Of a stretch of DNA of 16,000 nucleotides, positions 7,933-14,934 are shown piece after piece. Made by a program: the position numbers and the translations under genes. The notes beneath the pieces are model-generated. The model did not search any database, was not told the DNA's origin, and saw nothing but the letters and a program-made list of their open reading frames with translations. This stretch comes from Aquabacterium sp. Its GTDB lineage: Bacteria > Pseudomonadota > Gammaproteobacteria > Burkholderiales > Burkholderiaceae_C. Position 1 is the first letter of the stretch; each line of letters opens with the position of its first letter. Location of the stretch: the NCBI RefSeq assembly GCF_016195855.1, contig NZ_JACPYU010000025.1, forward strand, positions 20,953 to 36,952. Direction: 5' to 3'.

Positions 7933-7979
7933 GGCGCCACATTGCCGACGCGTGATTCGTCGTGATGTGGCGCCTTTTT
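7933..7979 (+). terminator. Intrinsic-terminator-like hairpin inside the prp operon (after prpC)
   Basis: GGCGCCACAT (7933-7942) pairs perfectly with ATGTGGCGCC (7965-7974). An inner stem pairs CGACG (7946-7950) with CGTCG (7958-7962). The structure is followed directly by TTTTT (7975-7979). Confidence 0.6.
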
Positions 7980-8112
7980 CCCTTGTAGACCTTGACGCCT
8001 TGCAAGCGCATCATGCGCTCTGATGTGCGCTTTGATGCTCGCGTCGCCCAGGCTTCAAGCTTGGTAGCCAAGCTGCCTGCCTGGCCCTCACATACATTCG
8101 TCGCTGCCCGCC

Positions 8113-10725
8113 ATGAACACCCAATTCCGCAAGAACCTGCCCGGCACATCGCTGGACTACTTCGACACCCAAGCTGCCGTTGAAGCGATCAAGCCAGGCG
8201 CCTGGGCCACCCTGCCCTACACCTCGCGCGTGCACGCCGAAAACATCGTGCGCAAGGCGGACCCGGCCATCATCAACGAATGCCTGACCCAGCTGATCGA
8301 CCGCAAGCGTGACCTTGACTTCCCCTGGTTCCCTGCGCGCGTGGCCTGCCACGACATCCTGGGCCAGACCGCCCTGGTGGACCTGGCCGGCCTGCGTGAT
8401 GCCATCGCCAAGGAAGGCGGCGACCCCGCCAAGGTGAACCCGGTGGTGCCCGTGCAGCTGATCGTGGACCACTCGCTGGCTGTGGAGTGCGGTGGCTTCG
8501 ACCCGCAAGCCTTCCAGAAGAACCGCGACATCGAAGAGCGCCGCAACGAAGACCGCTTCCACTTCATCGAGTGGACCAAGAATGCCTTTGCCAATGTGGA
8601 CGTGATCCCTGCGGGCAACGGCATCATGCACCAGATCAATCTGGAGAAGATGTCCCCCGTGATCCACAACGACAAGGGCCTGGCTTACCCCGACACCTGC
8701 GTGGGCACCGATTCGCACACGCCGCACGTGGACGCGCTGGGCGTGATCGCCATTGGCGTGGGCGGCCTGGAAGCCGAGAACGTGATGCTGGGCCGCGCCT
8801 CGTGGATGCGTCTGCCTGAAATCGTCGGCGTGAAGCTGACCGGCCAACGCCAACCCGGCATCACCGCCACCGACGTGGTGCTGGCGCTGACCGAGTTCCT
8901 GCGCAAGTCCAAGGTCGTGGATGCCTACCTGGAGTTCTACGGCGAAGGCGCTGCCAAGCTGACGATCGGCGACCGCGCCACCATCTCGAACATGGCGCCC
9001 GAATACGGTGCCACCGCCGCCATGTTCAGCATCGACCAGCAAACGCTGGACTACCTGACGCTGACGGGCCGCGAAGCTGAACAAGTCAAGCTGGTCGAGA
9101 CCTATGCCAAGGTGGCTGGCTTGTGGTCTGACAGCCTGGCCAATGCCGTGTACGAACGCGACCTGACGTTCGACCTGTCCACCGTCGTGCGCAACATGGC
9201 CGGCCCCTCGAACCCGCATGCCCGCGTGGCCACGAGCGACCTGGCTGCCAAGGGCATCGCCGGCAAGTGGGCCATGCCTGCCGCCAACGAAGGCACCATG
9301 CCCGATGGCGCCGTGATCATTGCCGCCATCACCAGCTGTACCAACACCTCCAACCCACGCAACGTGATCGCGGCCGCCCTGCTGGCCCGCAACGCCAACA
9401 AGCTGGGCCTGACGCGCAAGCCCTGGGTGAAGTCTTCGCTGGCCCCTGGCTCGAAGGCGGTGGAGCTGTATCTGAAGGAAGCCAATCTGCTGGGCGACCT
9501 GGAGAAGCTGGGTTTTGGCATCGTGGCCTTTGCCTGCACCACCTGCAACGGCATGTCTGGCGCGCTGGACCCGGTCATCCAGAAGGAAATCGTTGACCGC
9601 GACCTGTACGCCACCGCCGTGCTGTCGGGCAACCGCAACTTCGACGGCCGCATCCACCCCTATGCCAAGCAGGCCTTCCTGGCCTCGCCCCCGCTGGTGG
9701 TGGCCTACGCCATTGCCAGCACTGTGCGCTTCGACATCGAAAACGATGTGCTGGCGGTGGTGGATGGCAAGGAAATCCGCCTCAAGGACATCTGGCCTTC
9801 GGATGAAGAGATCGACGCCATCGTCAAGGCCTCGGTGAAGCCCGAGATGTTCCGCGCCGTGTACGAGCCCATGTTCGCCATCCAGGCCGACAAGGGCGTG
9901 AAGGTGAGCCCGCAGTACGACTGGCGCCCGCAGTCCACCTACATCCGCCGCCCGCCTTACTGGGACACGGAAGGTGTGGGCGCCCTGGCCGCCAACCCGC
10001 GCACGCTCAAGGGCATGCGCCCCCTGGCCATCCTGCCGGACAACATCACCACCGATCACCTGTCGCCTTCCAACGCGATCCTGATGAACTCGGCCGCTGG
10101 TGAGTACCTGCACAAGATGGGCCTGCCCGAGGAGGACTTCAACTCCTACGCCACCCACCGTGGCGACCACCTCACCGCCATGCGCGCGACGTTTGCGAAC
10201 CCCACGCTCAAGAACGAGATGGTGCGTGACGCCGATGGCAAGGTGAAGGCCGGCTCGCTGGCCCGCATCGAGCCCGAAGGCAAGGTCGTGCGCATGTGGG
10301 AAGCCATGGAAACCTACTACGACCGCAAGCAGCCGCTGATCATCGTGGCCGGCGCCGACTACGGCCAAGGCTCCTCGCGTGACTGGGCTGCCAAGGGCGT
10401 GCGCCTGGCGGGTGTCGAGGCGATTGCCGCCGAAGGCTTCGAGCGCATCCACCGCACCAACCTGATCGGCATGGGCGTGATGCCCCTGGAGTTCAAGCCC
10501 GGCACCAACCGCCTGACGCTGAACCTGGACGGCACCGAGACCTATGACGTGGAAGGCGACCTCAAGCCCCGCGCCGACCTGAACCTGGTCATCACCCGCA
10601 AGAATGGCGAAGTGGTGAAGGTGCCGATGACCTGCCGCCTGGACACGGCGGAAGAGGTGTCGGTGTACCAGGCGGGCGGCGTGCTGCAGCGCTTTGCACA
10701 AGATTTCCTTGCAGCTAACCGTTGA
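8113..10725 (+). CDS. acnD: Fe/S-dependent 2-methylcitrate dehydratase, aconitase family (AcnD)
   Basis: 870 aa. The N-terminus MNTQFRKNLPGTSLDYFDTQAAVEAIKPGAWATLPYTSRVHAENIVRK is AcnD-like. Aconitase cluster and substrate motifs are present: VGTDSHT, ITSCTNTSNP, CTTCNGMSG, SGNRNFDGR and GSSRDWAAKG. Followed by prpF. No Shine-Dalgarno is visible upstream (cgtcgctgcccgccATG). Confidence 0.95.
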   Translation: MNTQFRKNLPGTSLDYFDTQAAVEAIKPGAWATLPYTSRVHAENIVRKADPAIINECLTQLIDRKRDLDFPWFPARVACHDILGQTALVDLAGLRDAIAKEGGDPAKVNPVVPVQLIVDHSLAVECGGFDPQAFQKNRDIEERRNEDRFHFIEWTKNAFANVDVIPAGNGIMHQINLEKMSPVIHNDKGLAYPDTCVGTDSHTPHVDALGVIAIGVGGLEAENVMLGRASWMRLPEIVGVKLTGQRQPGITATDVVLALTEFLRKSKVVDAYLEFYGEGAAKLTIGDRATISNMAPEYGATAAMFSIDQQTLDYLTLTGREAEQVKLVETYAKVAGLWSDSLANAVYERDLTFDLSTVVRNMAGPSNPHARVATSDLAAKGIAGKWAMPAANEGTMPDGAVIIAAITSCTNTSNPRNVIAAALLARNANKLGLTRKPWVKSSLAPGSKAVELYLKEANLLGDLEKLGFGIVAFACTTCNGMSGALDPVIQKEIVDRDLYATAVLSGNRNFDGRIHPYAKQAFLASPPLVVAYAIASTVRFDIENDVLAVVDGKEIRLKDIWPSDEEIDAIVKASVKPEMFRAVYEPMFAIQADKGVKVSPQYDWRPQSTYIRRPPYWDTEGVGALAANPRTLKGMRPLAILPDNITTDHLSPSNAILMNSAAGEYLHKMGLPEEDFNSYATHRGDHLTAMRATFANPTLKNEMVRDADGKVKAGSLARIEPEGKVVRMWEAMETYYDRKQPLIIVAGADYGQGSSRDWAAKGVRLAGVEAIAAEGFERIHRTNLIGMGVMPLEFKPGTNRLTLNLDGTETYDVEGDLKPRADLNLVITRKNGEVVKVPMTCRLDTAEEVSVYQAGGVLQRFAQDFLAANR

Positions 10726-10730
10726 CCACC

Positions 10731-10803
10731 CCCGAAGCGCCTTCGGCGCTCCCCCTCAAGGGGGCGACGCCTACGGACTGGCAGAGCCAGATCCGTGGGC
10801 GTC
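10731..10803. repeat. REP-like cluster of three consecutive GC-rich hairpins in the acnD-prpF spacer
   Basis: Hairpin 1 pairs AGCGCC (10736-10741) with GGCGCT (10745-10750). Hairpin 2 pairs CCCCC (10751-10755) with GGGGG (10760-10764) around a tcaa loop. Hairpin 3 spans 10766-10803: GACGCCTACGGACTGGC-aga-GCCAGaTCCGTgGGCGTC, about 17 bp with one bulge and one wobble. No T-tract follows. Confidence 0.5.
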
Positions 10804-10864
10804 CGCTGGATCAGGATCGTGGTCTGCGAGCGTCTGCGTGTTTGATGAAATGAAGGTACTCAGC

Positions 10865-12052
10865 ATGGCCCATCCAGCTCAAATCAAGATCCCCGCCACC
10901 TACATCCGTGGTGGCACCAGCAAGGGCGTGTTCTTCCGCCTGCAAGACCTGCCTGCCGCCTGCCAGCTGCCTGGCGAGGCACGCGACAAGCTGTTCATGC
11001 GCGTGATCGGCAGCCCTGACCCCTATGCCGCTCACATCGACGGCATGGGCGGGGCCACGTCCTCCACCTCCAAGTGCGTGATCCTGTCCAAGTCCAGCGT
11101 GCCCGATCACGATGTGGACTATCTCTATGGCCAGGTCGCCATCGACAAGGCCTTTGTGGACTGGTCGGGCAACTGCGGCAACCTGTCCACGGCAGCCGGC
11201 GCCTTCGCCATCCACGCGGGCTTGATCGACCCCTCGCGCGTCCCTGATAACGGCACTTGCGTGGTCCGCATCTGGCAAGCCAACATCAAGAAGACCATCA
11301 TTGCCCACGTGCCCGTGACCAACGGCCAGGTGCAGGAGACCGGTGACTTCGAGCTCGATGGCGTGACCTTCCCTGCCGCCGAGATCGTGCTGGAGTTCAT
11401 GGATCCGTCTGACGATGGCGATGAAGGCGGCTCGATGTTCCCCACCGGCAACCTGGTGGACGACCTGGAAGTCCCGGGCATCGGCACATTCAAGGCCACG
11501 ATGATCACGGCCGGCATCCCCACCGTGTTCGTCAACGCCCAGGACATCGGCTACACCGGCACTGAACTGCGCGAGCAGATCAACACCGACCCCGAGGCCC
11601 TCAAGCGCTTCGAGGCCATCCGCGTGGCCGGTGCCCTGCGCATGGGCCTGATCAAGACGCCTGAAGAAGCCGCCACCCGCCAGCACACGCCCAAGATCGC
11701 CTTCGTGGCGCCGCCCACGGCCTACAAGGCCTCCAGCGGCAAGACCATTGAGGCCACCGACGTGGACCTGCTGGTGCGCGCGCTGTCCATGGGCAAGCTG
11801 CACCACGCCATGATGGGCACCTGTGCGGTGGCCATCGGCACGGCCGCGGCCATCCCCGGCACGCTGGTCAACCTGGCAGCCGGTGGCAGCGAACGTGAGG
11901 CGGTGCGCTTCGGTCACCCCTCCGGCACCCTGCGTGTCGGCGCCCAGGCCAAGCTGGTGAACGGCCAATGGACGGTCACCAAGGCCATCATGAGCCGCAG
12001 CGCCCGCATCCTGATGGATGGCTGGGTGCGAGTGCCCGGCGACACCTTCTGA
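10865..12052 (+). CDS. prpF: 2-methylaconitate cis-trans isomerase
   Basis: 395 aa from ATG 10865 (MAHPAQIKIPATYIRGGTSKGVFF, the characteristic PrpF N-terminus), with GAAGG 9-13 nt upstream. The track start at 10694 would read through the REP-like hairpins. Sits after acnD, as in known acnD-prpF loci. Confidence 0.93.
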   Translation: MAHPAQIKIPATYIRGGTSKGVFFRLQDLPAACQLPGEARDKLFMRVIGSPDPYAAHIDGMGGATSSTSKCVILSKSSVPDHDVDYLYGQVAIDKAFVDWSGNCGNLSTAAGAFAIHAGLIDPSRVPDNGTCVVRIWQANIKKTIIAHVPVTNGQVQETGDFELDGVTFPAAEIVLEFMDPSDDGDEGGSMFPTGNLVDDLEVPGIGTFKATMITAGIPTVFVNAQDIGYTGTELREQINTDPEALKRFEAIRVAGALRMGLIKTPEEAATRQHTPKIAFVAPPTAYKASSGKTIEATDVDLLVRALSMGKLHHAMMGTCAVAIGTAAAIPGTLVNLAAGGSEREAVRFGHPSGTLRVGAQAKLVNGQWTVTKAIMSRSARILMDGWVRVPGDTF

Positions 12053-12065
12053 GCGCCAGGCCGGC

Positions 12066-13133
12066 CTAGAAGTCCCTGCCGATGCTCAAGGTCAGCAACC
12101 ACGGGTCCAGCTGGGTGCTGATCTTGCGCTGGTAGCTGCCCAGGTTGTTGCGCTGCCCCGTTCGGGCCAGGGCCAGCTCCTGGGCGATGCCCGGCACCAG
12201 ATCCTGCGTGTGGAAGGTGCTGCCATTGATGATCTGCACGGCCGTCAGCGTGTTGCTGCCGATGTCCCGCGCGGACTGCAGCAAGGCCGGGCTGCTGGCC
12301 ACCACATCGGGGTCGGTCTGCGTGGTCACCGTGGACTCGGTGCGCAACTTCAGATAACCCAGCGTCAGGCTCATGCTCCAGGGCTCATTGAAGCGCCAAT
12401 CGGCCCCGAGAAATGCGCCCGGCCCAAAGGCATTCTTGATGCTCGCCGTGGTGCGCCCACCAGCATAGTTCGACAGGCTGTCCGACACCTTGGTGTCAAA
12501 GAAGACGATGTAGGCCGCACCCAACCCTGCCGAGAATCGCAAGCGGTCTGCCTTGTCGCCAAAGAGGTACTTGCCATAGGCGATCGGCCCCAGCATCTTG
12601 GTGCGGATGACCTCACCCAGGTCCACGCTGTCGGCCCCTTGCCCACCAATGCGGCCCGCACCGCGCACCGAGGCCACAAATGGCTGCCCCAGCACATAGG
12701 CCTCCATGGCCCACTTGCGGTCCTCATCCAGGTAACGCCCCACCGACAAGGTGAGCCCACCGCCGCCACCTGATTTCACCGTCGCGCCGGTGGGCATGCC
12801 CAGGCCCTGGCTGGCGGCATCGTCCGGGTGATCCCGCAGGATGTTGCTGGACAACAAGGCCAGTGCCTGTGCGTATTGCGGGCTCAGGCCGGGCGTGAAC
12901 TCGTCGCCATAGCGCATGATCGCCCCATTGAGATCCTGGCTGTCTGACGAACGGTCATTGGGCCGCACGCGGGTGTAGCCTGCCCGCCAGTACATCCGCT
13001 TGGCCGGTTTCAGATCAAGCGGCTCGCCCAGATGGGCCAGTGGTGCTTGTGCCTGGGCTGGCAAGGTGCAAGCCATTGCCAGCGTGGCACCCAGCATCAC
13101 GCCCCTGAACAAACGGAGCCGGTACAGCCTCAT
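12066..13133 (-). CDS. OmpW/AlkL-family outer-membrane beta-barrel protein with two large loop insertions
   Basis: 355 aa from ATG 13133 with SD GGGAG. Signal peptide MRLYRLRLFRGVMLGATLAMACTLPAQAQA. Blockwise similarity to E. coli OmpW as I recall it: MYWRAGYTRVRPND vs FFMRAGSATVRPTE; GPIAYGKYLFGDKADRLRFSAGLGAAYIVFFD vs PTLMAQWYFGDASSKFRPYVGAGINYTTFFD; FGPGAFLGADWRFNEPWSMSLTLGYLKL vs WGAAGQVGVDYLINRDWLVNMSVWYMDI. C-terminal LDPWLLTLSIGRDF vs LDPWVFMFSAGYRF. Confidence 0.85.
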   Translation of the reverse strand: MRLYRLRLFRGVMLGATLAMACTLPAQAQAPLAHLGEPLDLKPAKRMYWRAGYTRVRPNDRSSDSQDLNGAIMRYGDEFTPGLSPQYAQALALLSSNILRDHPDDAASQGLGMPTGATVKSGGGGGLTLSVGRYLDEDRKWAMEAYVLGQPFVASVRGAGRIGGQGADSVDLGEVIRTKMLGPIAYGKYLFGDKADRLRFSAGLGAAYIVFFDTKVSDSLSNYAGGRTTASIKNAFGPGAFLGADWRFNEPWSMSLTLGYLKLRTESTVTTQTDPDVVASSPALLQSARDIGSNTLTAVQIINGSTFHTQDLVPGIAQELALARTGQRNNLGSYQRKISTQLDPWLLTLSIGRDF

Positions 13134-13915
13134 CGGTGGGCTCCCGGCAAGGCCATGTGCAGGGCATTCCGGCGGGCACCCGAGCCGGCCCTCTTGCGCA
13201 CCATCAACGCAGCCATCGCCAAGCCCAAAGCCCACAGCAGGCCTGAAGACGGCTCCGGCACGCTGGCGACAACGGCCGTCCTGAACCACGGCACCACGCG
13301 CGCATCGATGGCACCGAAGTCCACCTGCTGAAGCACCGGCGCCAGGAAGTCCGGCACGCCCAGCGCACGCACAAAACTCGTCGCGCCTTCATCGGTGAAG
13401 TGCAGATTGCCCAGGGTCATGTTCACCGAGATCCCGCCCTTGAGGCTGAAGGTCAGGGGCGCGGTGACATCGAAGGTGAACAGCGACAACCTGGACTTGC
13501 CGGCGGCGCTGAGCACATCGCCATAGACCAGGTGCGAGTTGAAGTCCATGCTCAGGTCAGTCAGGCTGGCCTTGGCCTGAGTGAGCGTGTTGGCAAAATC
13601 CAGCGAAGAGCCCTTGGCCTGTGCAAGCTGCATGGTCAGGCTGGGTGGCAACAGCTTGACGTCGGCGGTGATCTGCGAAATGGGCAGGTTGAACACGCCC
13701 TCGCCCAAGGTCGTGGCCTTGCCGCCCACGCTCATGTCGATGCCGGTGAGCGCCAGGGTCTGGCGGGCATCGGTCGTCAAGGTCAGGCGCCCATTGGCAT
13801 CCAGCCAGGTGGTGTCGAGCGTGATCGGTGAGGCAAACGCGGCTGGCACGGCGCCCGACAGGCCCACGCTCAGGCTCAGCCACGCCAAAGCGCGGCGCAA
13901 AGCAATGTGGTTCAT
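13130..13915 (-). CDS. PEP-CTERM domain secreted protein (paralogue 1)
   Basis: 261 aa from ATG 13915 with SD GGGGGA 5-10 nt upstream. The track start at 13990 would include the terminator. Signal peptide MNHIALRRALAWLSLSVGLSGAVPAAFA. C-terminal VPEPSSGLLWALGLAMAALMVRKR is PEP, a TM helix and a basic cluster, followed by an atypical extra 19 aa. The stop overlaps the OmpW-like start (ATGA, 13130-13133). Confidence 0.8.
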   Translation of the reverse strand: MNHIALRRALAWLSLSVGLSGAVPAAFASPITLDTTWLDANGRLTLTTDARQTLALTGIDMSVGGKATTLGEGVFNLPISQITADVKLLPPSLTMQLAQAKGSSLDFANTLTQAKASLTDLSMDFNSHLVYGDVLSAAGKSRLSLFTFDVTAPLTFSLKGGISVNMTLGNLHFTDEGATSFVRALGVPDFLAPVLQQVDFGAIDARVVPWFRTAVVASVPEPSSGLLWALGLAMAALMVRKRAGSGARRNALHMALPGAHR

Positions 13916-13927
13916 TGCATCCCCCTG

Positions 13928-13955
13928 AAAAAAAGGCGGCCGCCACCGCGGCCGC
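13928..13955 (-). terminator. Strong rho-independent terminator between the two PEP-CTERM genes
   Basis: Minus strand reads GCGGCCGC-ggtg-GCGGCCGC-C-TTTTTTT: an 8-bp all-GC stem, a tetraloop and a 7-T run. The T-run ends 12 nt before the start codon of the downstream paralogue. Confidence 0.75.
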
Positions 13956-14014
13956 ATGAAAAGTGGAAGCAGACAAGAGAAACTCTTCATGCAATGAAGA
14001 GCCCGGCCGAAGCC

Positions 14015-14746
14015 TCAATGCATCAGGCGACGCCGGCGTGCCACGGCGGAGAGCCCCATCAAGCCCCCTGCCATCAGCATCCAGGTCGAGGGCTCCGGCA
14101 CAGCGGGTGTGGACACCAGCGCGAAGTTGCCCGTCAGGGTCGTCTGGCCGAAGTTCAGCGAGGGGAACAAGGCCGTCTGGATGAAGGCCGGCACACCCAG
14201 TGCATCGCCCAGGGTCGGGATGGCCGTCGAGGTCAGCTTGAGGTCCTTGAGCGTGACACCCACGTGCAGGTTGGACGACACGATGTTCGTATCACCAACC
14301 AAGGAGCCCGTGAACAAAGCCATGTGGTTCACCGTCTTGCCCACGTAGCTGCTGAAGGGGCTGGTGAACGAGTTCGTGACCACATCGGCATAGACGGTCC
14401 CTGAAGCGTCCATGGTGACGTTGGACAGGTCCACCTTCGCACCCTGCGTGGTCGACGAGGTCAGGCGAAAGCCACCCAAGCCGGTCATCGAGGTGACGTT
14501 GTAGCCACTGTCCCAACTCACCAGGTCGTTGGTGGACGTCAAGGTGATCTTGCTGCCATCGAAGGTGGCCGGCGCCACGCCAGACACCGTCACACCGGCG
14601 GTGTTGAGGGCCGCCAGGGAATCGGTCGTGAAGGTCAGCACCGCCCCGCCATCCTTGAATTCATAGTCAGGGCCCGCGGCATGTGCCCCTGTAGCCAGTG
14701 ACACCGCTGCGGCGCACGCCAGCATCTTCCAACGCGAAAGTTTCAT
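14015..14746 (-). CDS. PEP-CTERM domain secreted protein (paralogue 2)
   Basis: 243 aa with a strong SD AGGAGAG. Signal peptide MKLSRWKMLACAAAVSLATGAHA. Canonical C-terminus VPEPSTWMLMAGGLMGLSAVARRRRLMH. Shares blocks with paralogue 1 (VYADVV/VYGDVL; LGDALGVPAFI/VRALGVPDFL). Confidence 0.85.
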   Translation of the reverse strand: MKLSRWKMLACAAAVSLATGAHAAGPDYEFKDGGAVLTFTTDSLAALNTAGVTVSGVAPATFDGSKITLTSTNDLVSWDSGYNVTSMTGLGGFRLTSSTTQGAKVDLSNVTMDASGTVYADVVTNSFTSPFSSYVGKTVNHMALFTGSLVGDTNIVSSNLHVGVTLKDLKLTSTAIPTLGDALGVPAFIQTALFPSLNFGQTTLTGNFALVSTPAVPEPSTWMLMAGGLMGLSAVARRRRLMH

Positions 14747-14782
14747 GAGTCTCTCCTAAGTTTGAACATCGACAGATCGGTC

Positions 14783-14799
14783 GTGAACACCTTGTTCAC
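14783..14799 (-). promoter_or_regulatory. Perfect palindrome GTGAACA-cct-TGTTCAC upstream of the first PEP-CTERM gene (candidate operator)
   Basis: Two 7-bp arms with a 3-bp spacer, 37-53 nt upstream of ATG 14746. The structure is seen directly; any function is inferred. Confidence 0.3.
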
Positions 14800-14848
14800 G
14801 CCTGGGATCCATCGTGCCCAAGCAGCGTCGGCAAGACCATTCGGACGG

Positions 14849-14922
14849 ACGTGATCGCATGTCCATGCGGGGCGCACGTGATGCGCATGTGGCATGCACG
14901 CAGGACACGTGAGATCACATGC
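14849..14922. repeat. Three spaced copies of an ACGTGA...CATGC motif between the kinase stop and the PEP-CTERM gene
   Basis: ACGTGATCGCATGTCCATGC at 14849-14868, ACGTGATGCGCATGTGGCATGC at 14876-14897 and ACGTGAGATCACATGC at 14907-14922. Spacings are 27 and 31 bp. The middle copy is embedded in the palindrome GCGCA-cgtga-TGCGC (14872-14886). Confidence 0.4.
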
Positions 14923-14934
14923 CCTGATGGCCGC

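Noticed and set aside
8011-10701. 896 aa minus-strand ORF covering almost all of acnD
   Set aside because: Its translation is Gly/Ala/Arg/His/Val-rich low-complexity sequence with no recognisable motif. This is the classic stop-poor antisense frame of a high-GC gene. The plus frame encodes an unmistakable aconitase-family protein with all cluster-binding motifs.
12053-12068. Palindrome AGGCCGGCCT (12058-12067) between convergent prpF and the OmpW-like gene, considered as a bidirectional terminator
   Set aside because: It has only 5-bp arms with no loop and no flanking T or A tracts, and it overlaps the OmpW-like stop codon. The 13-nt gap cannot hold a real terminator. How the convergent transcripts end remains unknown.
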